DNA of 32,000 nucleotides from NCBI GenBank assembly GCA_041395025.1, contig JAWLBH010000001.1, forward strand, positions 1,020,001 to 1,052,000. The letters are read 5' to 3'. This document shows positions 14,096 to 24,017 of the stretch, one piece after another (within the stretch, counting starts at the first letter, position 1; every line of letters starts with the position of its first letter). The notes beneath the pieces are model-generated. The model was not told the DNA's origin, ran no database searches, and saw nothing but the letters and a program-made list of their open reading frames with translations. The stretch is from Chlamydiales bacterium. GTDB taxonomy: Bacteria; Chlamydiota; Chlamydiia; Chlamydiales; JAAKFR01. The position numbers and the translations under genes are program-made.

Positions 14096-15877
14096 TTAAG
14101 TATTGGAAATTTTAGAGACTAGTCTTTCAAGAACTTCGTTGCTTCTTTTGATAAATTTTCTTAGTCCTTCAGGATCTATTTCTTTTTGTGAAAGACGCGC
14201 TAAGTCATAAACTTCATGAGCCATTTCTTTTGCAAGATCGGGGTCTGTCTTCTCAACAGCATGGATCGCATTAATTAACTTGCTATTTGTATTAATCACA
14301 AAGGTAGGCTTTATAAACTCATTTGTAGGTTGATGACTTTGGTAAGCTAAATGATCTCTTAAACGACGTTCTTCTTCTTTAAGCATAAGAAAAGCAGGCA
14401 TCGCTTCAGAAGCAAGGCTTTTTGCCTCTACTTCTATATTGAGTTTTTTATGAAAAAACTCAGCTAATCTTGCTGACTCGCTCCTTCCTTCTGCATCAAG
14501 AAGATTTTTTTCTTTCGAAGCATCTAAAATTTTTTCATCTAGGTGAGAATCAATGCGCTTAAAGGTAGCATTTGTCTCTTTTTCAAGAAATTGGATCATT
14601 GCTTGATCAATCATAGCACTATGAATAAATAGTACTTCTATCCCTTTATTGCGATAAAGATCAAGAATATACCCCTCTTCTGTTGTGTAATAAATGGTTT
14701 CATTAGGATGACGTTCTTGGTAAGCTTTGATCGTGGTCCATTCACGATCACTGTTTTTCCAAACAATAAGGTCCTTCACACGTTCATAGAATTTCTTGTC
14801 CTGTAGAGCTCCAAATTTGACGATCAATTCAATATCTTCCCAATAGGAAAGGAATTTTTCCTTTTCACTTAGATAAAGTGCAGATAGTCTATCAGAAATT
14901 TTTTTAGAAATATGGAATCCTAATTGACGCACTGTTTGATCCATTTGTAAATAGCTTCTTGAGACATTCAATGGAATATCAGGACTGTCAATAGCTCCGC
15001 GCAAAATAGTCAGATAATCAGGAAGTAAATCACGACAGTTATCTGAAACGAATACTCGGTTGCAAAAGAGTTTGATCGTCTCTTTTTTTAATTCAGAATC
15101 TCGTGAAAGTTTGGGAAAATAAAGAATCCCTTTAAGATGAAATGGATAATCTACATTCAAATGGACCCAAAAAAGAGGATCGGGTTCCATAGGGAAAAGA
15201 TGGCGATAAAAACTCAAATATTCTTGATCTGTACAATCAGAAGGCGCTTTTACCCATAAGGGGGGAGTTTCATTAATTTGTCTATCATTAAGAAAAATGG
15301 GATAGGAAAGAAAACTACAATAATGATGAAGAATTTTTCTGAGCTTAGCCTCATCTAAATACTCGTTTTCTGCTTCTGGTAGAGTTAAGATGACTGTCGT
15401 TCCCACTTCCTCTCTGTTGCCTTGATCTAGGGTATAGTTCACAGATCCATCACAACTCCAATAGACAGGTTTCGCCTCTTTCTGATAAGAGAGAGTTTGA
15501 ATTTCTACCTTTTCAGCCACCATATAGGCTGAGTAAAAACCTAATCCAAAATGGCCAATGATCTGATCTTCTTCTTTATCTGATTGATACTTATTTACAA
15601 ATTCTTCAGCTCCAGAAAAAGCAATCTGTGCAATGTAGTTTTCAACTTCTTCACGATCCATTCCAATGCCATTATCCGAAAAAACCAACTCTCGTTTCTC
15701 TTTATCAATTTTGATATCAATTCGCCAGTTTTCAGCAGAAGGAGTGATGGTTTTCAGTTTTGAAATTGCATCGCAGCTATTTGACACAAGCTCTCGTACA
15801 AAGATATCTTTATCTGAATAAAGCCATTTCTTAATGATGGGTAAGATATTTTCGCTGTGGATCTTTAATGTACCCAT
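14096..15877 (-). CDS. htpG: Molecular chaperone HtpG (Hsp90 family)
   Basis: 593 aa. N-terminal GHKL ATPase motifs LYSDKDIFVRELVSNSCDA, FSDNGIGM and IGHFGLGFYSAYMVA, then the Hsp90 middle region (YLTILRGAIDSPDIPLNVSRSYLQ). Confidence 0.9.
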   Translation of the reverse strand: MGTLKIHSENILPIIKKWLYSDKDIFVRELVSNSCDAISKLKTITPSAENWRIDIKIDKEKRELVFSDNGIGMDREEVENYIAQIAFSGAEEFVNKYQSDKEEDQIIGHFGLGFYSAYMVAEKVEIQTLSYQKEAKPVYWSCDGSVNYTLDQGNREEVGTTVILTLPEAENEYLDEAKLRKILHHYCSFLSYPIFLNDRQINETPPLWVKAPSDCTDQEYLSFYRHLFPMEPDPLFWVHLNVDYPFHLKGILYFPKLSRDSELKKETIKLFCNRVFVSDNCRDLLPDYLTILRGAIDSPDIPLNVSRSYLQMDQTVRQLGFHISKKISDRLSALYLSEKEKFLSYWEDIELIVKFGALQDKKFYERVKDLIVWKNSDREWTTIKAYQERHPNETIYYTTEEGYILDLYRNKGIEVLFIHSAMIDQAMIQFLEKETNATFKRIDSHLDEKILDASKEKNLLDAEGRSESARLAEFFHKKLNIEVEAKSLASEAMPAFLMLKEEERRLRDHLAYQSHQPTNEFIKPTFVINTNSKLINAIHAVEKTDPDLAKEMAHEVYDLARLSQKEIDPEGLRKFIKRSNEVLERLVSKISNT

Positions 15878-16209
15878 AGATGATTCCTATTTTTTTAAAA
15901 CAATTTTGCAAAGGCTACCATCTTTTTCAATAAATTGCGACTCTTTTCTCTCTCAGATTGGAATCATGAGAATTTCGATTTGGTGGATTTAAGAAGAGAA
16001 AAGAGAGCGCATGCTAATAGAAGTCCATCTAATCATAAATCAATGACTTAAAGACCTAGTGATCCTTTATTTGGTTGGAATAGGGAAAAAGAGCATGATA
16101 TAGATATGAGGAATAGATAGGGATGTTTTTATTTAAATAACTTTTTATCAGTAGTTTATTTTTAAGTTTTTTTTCATAAGATATCATTCACAATCTTCTA
16201 GTTGTGTGA

Positions 16210-16247
16210 AAACAAGAGGAGAGGGGGGATAACCTCTCCTCTTGTTT
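16210..16247 (+). promoter_or_regulatory. Strong 15-bp hairpin (SD-like / anti-SD-like arms) just upstream of nqrF
   Basis: AAACAAGAGGAGAGG (16210-16224), loop GGGGATAA, CCTCTCCTCTTGTTT (16233-16247). It ends 8 nt before ATG 16255. No adjacent gene ends here, so it is not an obvious terminator. Confidence 0.6.
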
Positions 16248-16254
16248 AGAATTT

Positions 16255-17601
16255 ATGATATTGAAAAGTGAGGATCCAGAGAGTAAAATAAAATATATGA
16301 TGTTTTTATATTTTATTCAGGGACTAGCTCTCACACTAGTCGCCATTGTTGCATTTGTTTTTATTGGACTAATCCTCACTGTGATGATTCTTTTCACAAA
16401 GAGGAAATTTGTCAGAACCACTCCTTGCACGATCCGTATTAATGAAAATGAATCACTGACTAAAGTTGTTTCTGGGGGTCAGACCTTGCTTGCAGCTTTA
16501 ACCTCAGAAGGCATTCCAGTTCCATCTCCTTGTGGTGGAAAGGCGACTTGCAAACAATGTCAACTTCGAGTTCTTGAAGGTTTAGAGGAGCCTTTAGAAA
16601 CTGATAAAAGTACTTTTACAAAAAAACAGCTTAAAGAAGGATGGCGACTTTCTTGTCAATTGAAAGTCAAGCATGACCTCCATGTTCATGTGGAAGAGCG
16701 TTATCTTGAGGTTAAAGAGTGGGTGGCAACGGTTTTGACTAATGAAAATGTAGCCACTTTTATTAAAGAATTAGTCGTTCAGTTACCAGAAGGGGAAGAG
16801 ATTCCCTATCAATCAGGTGGATATTTGCAATTTCATGTTCCTCCATTTAAAACAAATACCGATCAATGGAAAGAGACAATGGATCCAAAATTCTATGAGG
16901 ATTGGGAGAAATTTGGATTATTTGGACGACTAGTGAATTTTAGTGATCTTCATTCAGATGATGTCATTCGTGCTTATTCATTAGCATCATATCCTGCAGA
17001 AGAAAGGACATTAAAGTTTAATATTCGCATTGCCACTCCTCCTTTTCTTAAAGAAGAGATTGCGAAAAACATTCCTTGGGGGATCTGTTCCAGTTATGCC
17101 TTTAGCCTTAAACCTGGAGATAAACTGAAATTATCAGGTCCGTACGGAGAATCTTTTATGATTCATGACAATCGTTCAGTAATTTTCTTGATTGGAGGTG
17201 CCGGTTCTTCATTTAGTCGTAGCCATATTATGCATTTATTTAAAACTGAAAAAACAGATCGTCAAGTTGATTTTTGGTATGGAGCTCGTTCATTGAAAGA
17301 AAATATTTATCAAAAAGAGTACGAAGAACTTGATCGAGATTATAAAAATTTTCGGTATCACTTAGTGCTTTCTGAACCTCTTTCAGAGGATCTTGAAAGC
17401 GGATGGCCAGGGAATGATCCGATTCACACAAACTATCTCTTTAAAGCATTTGAGCTTGGACAATTGATCCATATGGAGGAGCCAGAAGACTCTCTTTACT
17501 ACGTCTGCGGGCCTCCTTTACATAATTCTAGTGTGTTGAATTTATTAGATCATTATGGCATCCCAAGAGAAAATATTATTCTTGATGATTTTGGCATCTA
17601 A
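16255..17601 (+). CDS. nqrF: Na+-translocating NADH:quinone oxidoreductase subunit F
   Basis: N-terminal TM helix, then a 2Fe-2S ferredoxin domain (PCGGKATCKQCQLRV...GWRLSCQ), FAD-binding RAYSLASYP, and GICSSYAFSLKPGDKL, GPYGESF, FLIGGAGSSF. It is colinear with Vibrio NqrF as I recall it. The true start may be the MM at 16297/16300, because homologs begin at the TM helix. Confidence 0.9.
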   Translation: MILKSEDPESKIKYMMFLYFIQGLALTLVAIVAFVFIGLILTVMILFTKRKFVRTTPCTIRINENESLTKVVSGGQTLLAALTSEGIPVPSPCGGKATCKQCQLRVLEGLEEPLETDKSTFTKKQLKEGWRLSCQLKVKHDLHVHVEERYLEVKEWVATVLTNENVATFIKELVVQLPEGEEIPYQSGGYLQFHVPPFKTNTDQWKETMDPKFYEDWEKFGLFGRLVNFSDLHSDDVIRAYSLASYPAEERTLKFNIRIATPPFLKEEIAKNIPWGICSSYAFSLKPGDKLKLSGPYGESFMIHDNRSVIFLIGGAGSSFSRSHIMHLFKTEKTDRQVDFWYGARSLKENIYQKEYEELDRDYKNFRYHLVLSEPLSEDLESGWPGNDPIHTNYLFKAFELGQLIHMEEPEDSLYYVCGPPLHNSSVLNLLDHYGIPRENIILDDFGI

Positions 17602-18092
17602 CTCTGAAATCAGCAGGAGAATTTATACGGCTTTTACATAGAGCATCGTAATAAGAAGTCTTCTGATCTTTACAAAAGATTTTGCTTTAATACTTAATAT
17701 TGTGAATCTCTATCTTTGATGAAAAAAATCATTGGAACCTTTTGATTCGAGCTATTTAAATAGACTGATTTGCAATTGATTAATGAGGAATGCATTGAAT
17801 AAAATGATCTTTTATCTCAAGATGAAAGATGAGTTTCCTAGCCTTTATCTATTCACAATCATAAAAATAAGTTGATGAGATGTCAGCGTCTGATGTTTAG
17901 ACGGGAAACAATCAAGAATGATTGCTTACAAACGTCTTTTAAAAACTGGGACACATAAGAAAAGGACCTCTTCTTTTTTTCTTGATAAGAGTCCAAAATT
18001 TGATCCCTCTGATTTTCAAAAGCTATAAGGAACAAGATCCTCTTCAAATAGAGTGAGGAGGTCTATTTTGATAGTACAAAATTAGGAGAGAT

Positions 18093-19451
18093 ATGAAAAA
18101 AAATCGATGGTGGATTTTTTTGGTTACTACAAGTGGCACATCTGTTGTTTTTTTAGATAATACAGTCATGCCAGTCGCGTTGCCAACGATACAAAGAGAA
18201 TGGCTTTTGACCCACCTCTCTCTTATTTGGATTATCAACTCTTATCTATTGAGTTTAACCTCTCTTTTACTCATTGGAGGAAGATTGTCTGACTTATTTG
18301 GTCAGCGTGCACTTTTTCTCATAGGTCTTCTCCTTTTTGGATTTGGATCTGCTATAAGTGGAATGAGTCTCAATCTTTCATGGATGATTACTGGGCGTGT
18401 TATTCAAGGAGCTGGAGGGGCGCTGATTATTCCAGCTACAAGCGCCCTTTTGATTACAAATTTTCCTATTGGCCAGCGAGCAAAAGCGATTGGGATTAAT
18501 ACAGGCATTAGCTCTATTTTTCTTATTCTCGGTCCAGCTATTGGAGGGTTTTTTACCCAATATTTGAGTTGGAGGGGGATTTTTTATCTCAATCTTCCCC
18601 TAGTAGGTTTGGGAATGATAGCTGCTTTGTTTATACTCCCTCGTGGTAGGGGAAAAAAAGAGCCCTTTCATTGTATGGGTGCATTAATGATGTTTTGTGG
18701 GATTACGGCGTTTATTTTAGCTCTAATGCAAGGCAATGAATGGGGGTGGACTGCTCCCATTGTCCTAGGACTGTTAGCCATTAGCCCTCTTTTTGTATTT
18801 TTCTTTTGGTGGATCTCTCTCCATACCCCCCATCCTCTAATTGATTTCAACCTTTTTAAAAATTCTCTTTTTTCTCTTGCCAATCTCTTTATCTTTCTGA
18901 CTCAGATTATCGTAATGATTACCATCTTATGGGCGATTTACTTTCAGCAGGAATTACATTTTACTCCTGCACATACAGGATTAATGATTTTTATTGCGAT
19001 TCTTCCTGTCTTTTTTATGGCCCCTTTTGGAGGCTATCTTGCTGATCGATTTGGCTCTCGTTATCCACTTTTAATTGGGTATAGTCTACTAAGTTTTGCA
19101 CTTTTTTGGTTGCTATTGACAGTCAATATGGGGTCGATACTGTTCATGCTTCCTGGTCTTCTTGCGTTTGGTGGGGGGATTCCTATGACTCTTTCTCCCG
19201 CTATTGCTATGGCACTTTCTCAGGTTAATGGGGATAAATTGGGCATAGCTGCAGGGATCACAAGTGAAACTCGTCAATTAGCAGGGACGATGGGGATTGC
19301 TTTTTTGACAGCTATTTATCAGATCACAGCCACGAAAACAGGGTCTTCTGTTTGTGCTTTTTCTACGATTTCATTGGTGGCCATGCTCCTATCTTTGAGT
19401 GGATTAATCATTGCCTATTTTACGATTCATCATGAGTTGAAGAGAATGTAG
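18093..19451 (+). CDS. MFS transporter, drug:H+ antiporter (DHA2/EmrB-like) type
   Basis: 452 aa, about 12-14 TM helices. The N-terminal pattern FLDNTVMPVALPTIQREW...LIWIINSYLLSLTSLLLIGGRLSDLFGQRALFLIGLLLFGFGS is typical of the EmrB/QacA subfamily. Confidence 0.8.
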   Translation: MKKNRWWIFLVTTSGTSVVFLDNTVMPVALPTIQREWLLTHLSLIWIINSYLLSLTSLLLIGGRLSDLFGQRALFLIGLLLFGFGSAISGMSLNLSWMITGRVIQGAGGALIIPATSALLITNFPIGQRAKAIGINTGISSIFLILGPAIGGFFTQYLSWRGIFYLNLPLVGLGMIAALFILPRGRGKKEPFHCMGALMMFCGITAFILALMQGNEWGWTAPIVLGLLAISPLFVFFFWWISLHTPHPLIDFNLFKNSLFSLANLFIFLTQIIVMITILWAIYFQQELHFTPAHTGLMIFIAILPVFFMAPFGGYLADRFGSRYPLLIGYSLLSFALFWLLLTVNMGSILFMLPGLLAFGGGIPMTLSPAIAMALSQVNGDKLGIAAGITSETRQLAGTMGIAFLTAIYQITATKTGSSVCAFSTISLVAMLLSLSGLIIAYFTIHHELKRM

Positions 19452-20460
19452 TTTCTGTAGAGATATCTTTTAATGCAGAGAGACCCGCGATCCATCCTGT
19501 TGTCCAGGCATTTTGAAAGTTAAATCCACCAGTAAATCCATCGATATTGAGGATTTCTCCAGCAAAAAAGAGGCGAGGATGAATTCGACTTTCCATCGTC
19601 TTAAAATTGACTTCTTTTAATTCGATGCCACCACATGTGACAAATTCTTTTTTATAGCTCGTTTTCCCCTGCATCTCAAATCTATCGTGGGGATTTTCTT
19701 TTTTTAACCTTTTTGGGAGTCCTTCGCCCCATTCTACCATTACCATAGCACGATAGTGATTTTCAGATAAAAAAAGCGCTTCACGGGCAGAAAGTTTGAG
19801 AATAGGAGGTCCACTCAATCCCCAATGGGTAATCAAAAGAGGGCCTTGTTCTTGACTTTTTCGCCCTTCAAGCCAAACAGTTGCATGAGGAGCCACTACA
19901 CCTGCTAAATGAATCAGAGGAAAATTTGGGATATTAAAGCTAAAAAGAGAGGGAATAGGAGGGACAATTGTATGTCCTAATTTTTTTGCTATCTGATATC
20001 CCCAGCGACTACTTCCAGTTGCAAGAATGACAGCATCAGCTTTAGGGAAGTCATCAATGTTGACCCCGAGATGCAACTCGATACCTTTTTCTTGGATTTG
20101 GCCCAACAAACAGGAAATAATTGTTTCCGAACGATCTGTCACAGGAAACATCCGTCCATCTCTTTCCGTTTTGAGTTCTACTCCTCGTCTTTTAAACCAT
20201 TCTAGTGTATTTATAGGACCAAAACGATGAAAAGGACCTAATAGTTCTTTATAACCTCTAGGATAGTAATGACAGAGGATATTGGGGTTAAAGCAAGCAT
20301 GGGTGACATTGCATCTGCCTCCTCCTGAAATGCGGACTTTGTTTAATGGTTGCGGACTTTTTTCAAAAATTCTAATTTTTGCAGCTGGATAGGTCTCTGC
20401 ACATGTAATTGCCGCAAAGCAACCAGCTGCTCCTGCTCCTATCACTGCGCACTCTTCCAT
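19420..20460 (-). CDS. HI0933/BaiN-like FAD-dependent flavoprotein
   Basis: CAVIGAGAAGCFAAI (dinucleotide fold), RISGGGRCNVTH, ITHWGLSGPPILKLS, VTCGGIELKEVNFKTMESR and FFAGEILNIDGFTGGFNFQNAWTTG are hallmarks of this family as I recall them. At 346 aa it is somewhat shorter than the ~400 aa I remember as typical. Confidence 0.75.
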   Translation of the reverse strand: MEECAVIGAGAAGCFAAITCAETYPAAKIRIFEKSPQPLNKVRISGGGRCNVTHACFNPNILCHYYPRGYKELLGPFHRFGPINTLEWFKRRGVELKTERDGRMFPVTDRSETIISCLLGQIQEKGIELHLGVNIDDFPKADAVILATGSSRWGYQIAKKLGHTIVPPIPSLFSFNIPNFPLIHLAGVVAPHATVWLEGRKSQEQGPLLITHWGLSGPPILKLSAREALFLSENHYRAMVMVEWGEGLPKRLKKENPHDRFEMQGKTSYKKEFVTCGGIELKEVNFKTMESRIHPRLFFAGEILNIDGFTGGFNFQNAWTTGWIAGLSALKDISTETTFSSTHDES

Positions 20461-21632
20461 CCTGCCTCAATGCAATTATTGATTCCGATTCCAGTATAGT
20501 TATGACCAATCAGTTCAACATGAAAACATTTTTGGAAGTAAGCAAGATGTTTATGATGACCGATGAGATATTGAGGGATCGCATCTTTTGCCTTAGTTAC
20601 CCTCAGCTTATCGGGCAAAGAATCGATACCCAAATATTTTTGCACCCCTTTAATTGCTACTTCTGCTTCTGCTTCTCCTTGTATCATGACACAGATTCGA
20701 GTTTGTTCACCTTGGTTTTGTTGTGGAAAAATTTCTGAATCCCATGTCATCCCTAAGATCGCTTCTTTTTCTAAAGAAGGTACTAGACATCCGTAACCTT
20801 TTTTTGACAAGAGATCTCTCTTCCATCCCATATTTACTATGGTCATGGATTGATAGATAAAAGGATGTTTGTCAGTTAAAGCATAAGCTGGGACAGCTGC
20901 GATGATTGTGTCAGCCTCTAGTGTTTGATCTGCAAGGATAACCCCTCCTTTTTCAATGCGGATCAAAGATACATTGAATAGAAGATTTTCTTGCAGTCTT
21001 TCAGCCAATGCTTTTGGAAGTGTTTCCATGCCATCACGAAAAGAATACAGGCTAGGAGAAGACTGGTTTCTACTTTTAAGAAGATTTCTAATGATAGAAC
21101 CATTTTTTTCACGATGCCAAAGAGCAGGGAAACAGTTGCGCATTGAGAGAGTGTGAATATCTCCTCCAAAAATCCCTTTTACTAATGGATCAACAACTCT
21201 TTGAGTGATCTTTTTTGTAAAACGACGGTAGCAGAAATCTGCAATGGTTTCATCATCAAGTGGATTCACAGGTTTGCAAGCATCACGTAATAGAGCAGGA
21301 ATGATTCCTTGACGGAGAAGGAAATAGGGTGAAACAACAGATAGCTTTCCATTGATTACGAGATATCTTTTTCTAGCTTTTTTATCCGCAGCAATCAGTG
21401 TTTTCTCTAACCCAAGTTCTTTGATAAGAGCAAGTGTGCGTTTTCCTGTTCCAGTTGGACGAAATCCTCTTGGCCCTTGTTCTAAAAGAAAGCCATCCTC
21501 TTGAATGGATTGAATCCATCCTCCTGGACGGTGAGATTTTTCTAAAATCGTGACATGATCTCCTTTTTTCTTATGGTACCACCCAGCAGATAAACCAGCT
21601 ATTCCTCCTCCAATAATCACAATTTTTTTCAT
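20442..21632 (-). CDS. hemY: FAD-dependent protoporphyrinogen oxidase (HemY type; usually annotated hemG in Chlamydia)
   Basis: KKIVIIGGGIAGLSAGWY, HRPGGWIQS...GFLLEQGPRGF, IFGGDIHTLSM and AIPQYLIGH...GIGINNCIEAG are colinear with B. subtilis HemY as I recall it. Its start overlaps the hemN stop by 4 nt. Confidence 0.85.
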   Translation of the reverse strand: MKKIVIIGGGIAGLSAGWYHKKKGDHVTILEKSHRPGGWIQSIQEDGFLLEQGPRGFRPTGTGKRTLALIKELGLEKTLIAADKKARKRYLVINGKLSVVSPYFLLRQGIIPALLRDACKPVNPLDDETIADFCYRRFTKKITQRVVDPLVKGIFGGDIHTLSMRNCFPALWHREKNGSIIRNLLKSRNQSSPSLYSFRDGMETLPKALAERLQENLLFNVSLIRIEKGGVILADQTLEADTIIAAVPAYALTDKHPFIYQSMTIVNMGWKRDLLSKKGYGCLVPSLEKEAILGMTWDSEIFPQQNQGEQTRICVMIQGEAEAEVAIKGVQKYLGIDSLPDKLRVTKAKDAIPQYLIGHHKHLAYFQKCFHVELIGHNYTGIGINNCIEAGWKSAQ

Positions 21633-22975
21633 ATTGATTGGGAAAACTGATTTTGTCCGTTTTTAAGATAACTATCAAAAGTCATTGCAATCACTCGAAT
21701 CAACAATATTCCTAATTCTGTGATGAGAATTTTTTCTGAAGTGTTAAAGAGGAGCCCTTCTGCTTCCAGCTCTTTCAGCTTTGTCATTTCATCAGCAAAA
21801 TAAAGATCAAATGGCCGACCATATTGAGATTCAAAGGTTTTTTTTTCTAGTTGAAATGTCGACATGAGAGTATGAATCACCCATTTTCTTAGCCTATCCT
21901 CTTCAGTTAGCACCTTACCTCGATGAGTAGGGAGTATGCCTTTATCAATCGCTGCATAGTAGGAAGGCAGATCTTTAACATTTTGAACATAAGTATCACA
22001 TACACATCCAATGGCAGTGACTCCAAACCCCACCATGTCATCAGCAAGGTGAGTCGTATATCCTTGAAAATTGCGTCCCAATCGTTTTTGATGGAAAGAT
22101 TGGGCAATTTCATCTTCTTCAAGTGCAAAATGATCCATACCAATTGCAAGATAACCATTTTCTATCAACCGCTTTTTAGCTGTATCGTAAATTGCAAACT
22201 TCTCTTTGAAGGAAGGGAGTGTCTCTGGTTTGATGGCACGTTGATGTTTTTTTAACCAAGGAACTTTTGCATAGGAGAAAAGAGAGATTCTATCGGGGCG
22301 CATCGTGATCACATCAGAAATCGTTTTTTGAAATGTCTCTAATGTTTGGTAAGGCAGTCCATAAATTAGATCGATATTAATCCCTTTAAACCCAAGCATT
22401 CTCGCTGTTTTATAAGTTTCTAGGGTCATTTCAAGACTTTGTCTGCGCTTGATAGCTTCTTGGACTTTTGGGTTGGTATCTTGCACTCCGAAACTTACCC
22501 TATTGAAACCAAGATTTCTTAGAAAGCGAAGTTTTTGATCATCTACAGTTCGAGGATCGATTTCAATGGCGATCTCTTTAGAAAAATCAATATCAAAAGC
22601 AGAAGTAATTTTATCAAAGAGATAAGAAAAAAGTGAAATAGACAATTTTGTCGGTGTCCCTCCACCAAAATGCAGTTGAAACACTTTTCGTCTACCAGTG
22701 ATTTTTGTAAGAAGATCGATTTCTCGGATGAGGTAATTAACATAGAGTTCTTCATTTTCAGGTTTTCGGTTCAAAACGACTGCACAGCCACAGTAAAGAC
22801 ACATTGTCTTACAGAAGGGGATATGGAAATAAAGAGAGAGAGGAGCCTCTGCTGGGAGCTTTTGAAGCTTATCCTGATAGGTTTCAAATGACAAATTTTC
22901 CCATTCTGGAATTGTAGGATACGAGGTATAGCGAGGTGCAGGGATGTGGAACTTAGCAAGATCGAAGTCGGACAT
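21629..22975 (-). CDS. hemN: Oxygen-independent coproporphyrinogen III oxidase (radical SAM)
   Basis: 448 aa. PRYTSYPT, LYFHIPFCKTMCLYCGC (CxxxCxxC radical-SAM cluster), GGGTPT and the HemN C-terminal domain layout. Confidence 0.9.
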   Translation of the reverse strand: MSDFDLAKFHIPAPRYTSYPTIPEWENLSFETYQDKLQKLPAEAPLSLYFHIPFCKTMCLYCGCAVVLNRKPENEELYVNYLIREIDLLTKITGRRKVFQLHFGGGTPTKLSISLFSYLFDKITSAFDIDFSKEIAIEIDPRTVDDQKLRFLRNLGFNRVSFGVQDTNPKVQEAIKRRQSLEMTLETYKTARMLGFKGINIDLIYGLPYQTLETFQKTISDVITMRPDRISLFSYAKVPWLKKHQRAIKPETLPSFKEKFAIYDTAKKRLIENGYLAIGMDHFALEEDEIAQSFHQKRLGRNFQGYTTHLADDMVGFGVTAIGCVCDTYVQNVKDLPSYYAAIDKGILPTHRGKVLTEEDRLRKWVIHTLMSTFQLEKKTFESQYGRPFDLYFADEMTKLKELEAEGLLFNTSEKILITELGILLIRVIAMTFDSYLKNGQNQFSQSI

Positions 22976-23939
22976 AATCCACCATAAATTTTACATTCTC
23001 TAAAGGAATATCAGGCAATAAGCCATGTCCTAAATTAAAAATATAACCTGGATCTTCTTTCATTCCCTCTAACAAGCGATCAATTGCTGACGCAATTTCT
23101 TTCTGAGATCCATATAACACCATTGGATCAAGATTTCCTTGTAGAGCGACTGTTTGTGGAATAAGTTTTCGGATGAGTGGAAGACTGCCATTCCAATCAA
23201 TGCTAATCGCAGCTGGATGTAAAGTAGCAAGTTCTGGAGCAAAAAGAGAAGAACCTCGGCAAAATAGAATCGTAGGGATATCGATTGCATTAAGGATATC
23301 TCTCATTGGCTTAAGGCAATAATGGTTGAATTCTGAAAAAGCCAAGACATGTGCCCATGAATCAAAAATTTGAATGGCGTCAACGCCAGCTTCAACCTGA
23401 CAGTTTAAATAGGCAATAGTGGCTTCCGTGATTTTTTCAATAAGAGAGAGAAAAATTTCGGGTTCGCGGTAAAGAAGTTGTTTAGTTTTTTTTAAGTGCT
23501 GACTAGATTTTTTTTCGATTAAATAACTTGCTATCGTAAAAGGCCCACCTGCAAAACCAATCAGAGGAATGGAAAGTTGTTTTTTTAGTGTTTGAATCGC
23601 CTGTATTACATAGCAATAGGCATCATAAGGATCACGCATATTAATTGCATTGGGTGAATCAAAGACAACAGGCCCAATATTCTCTTGGAAGTCGTAACGA
23701 ATGCTCATTCCATCAAAAACAGTCAGAATATCATTGAACAAAATAGCAGCATCAACATTCAAAACATCGATAGGGAGTTCAGTCACTTCAACAATTGTTT
23801 TAGGAGAGTGAAACATCTCTAAAAGAGAGCGCCCTCGTCGCATAGCACGATATTTAGGTAAATAACGTCCTGCTTGACGCATGAGCCAGATGGGTGGTCT
23901 TCCAAAATTTTGACATTGCAAAGCGCGCATGAATGACAT
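22953..23939 (-). CDS. hemE: Uroporphyrinogen decarboxylase
   Basis: PPIWLMRQAGRYLPKYR, DAAILFNDILT, LIGFAGGPFTIASY, IFDSWA, ALQGNLDP and FNLGHG match E. coli HemE motifs. Confidence 0.9.
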   Translation of the reverse strand: MSFMRALQCQNFGRPPIWLMRQAGRYLPKYRAMRRGRSLLEMFHSPKTIVEVTELPIDVLNVDAAILFNDILTVFDGMSIRYDFQENIGPVVFDSPNAINMRDPYDAYCYVIQAIQTLKKQLSIPLIGFAGGPFTIASYLIEKKSSQHLKKTKQLLYREPEIFLSLIEKITEATIAYLNCQVEAGVDAIQIFDSWAHVLAFSEFNHYCLKPMRDILNAIDIPTILFCRGSSLFAPELATLHPAAISIDWNGSLPLIRKLIPQTVALQGNLDPMVLYGSQKEIASAIDRLLEGMKEDPGYIFNLGHGLLPDIPLENVKFMVDYVRLRSC

Positions 23940-24017
23940 AGATTCACATCCTAACAGGAGAATTTGATGAAACTGAAAACTTCATAGCATAGTTTATCTA
24001 TTTCTTCCATCATACGA

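Noticed and set aside
15878-16209. Looked for a CIRCE (HrcA) operator or other heat-shock element upstream of htpG
   Set aside because: I found no TTAGCACTC-N9-GAGTGCTAA-like inverted repeat in the 377-nt region. Only the unrelated 16210-16247 hairpin is present.
16255-17601. nqrF standing alone without nqrA-E as a possible anomaly
   Set aside because: From memory, nqrF is also unlinked from the other nqr genes in Chlamydia genomes, so this is expected for the phylum.
17602-18092. 490-nt intergenic region between nqrF and the MFS gene, scanned for sRNA, terminator or small ORFs (e.g. MKKIIGTF at ~17720)
   Set aside because: I found only weak, imperfect stems (AGACG...CGTCT, CAATCAagaaTGATTG) and no convincing terminator or promoter pair. 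There is not enough to call a feature.
20409-20738. 109-aa plus-strand ORF antisense to hemY (and similar ORFs antisense to hemN, hemE, mfd, alaS, e.g. 21923-22255, 27225-27494, 28959-29300)
   Set aside because: All lie opposite strongly supported housekeeping genes and have no recognisable motifs.
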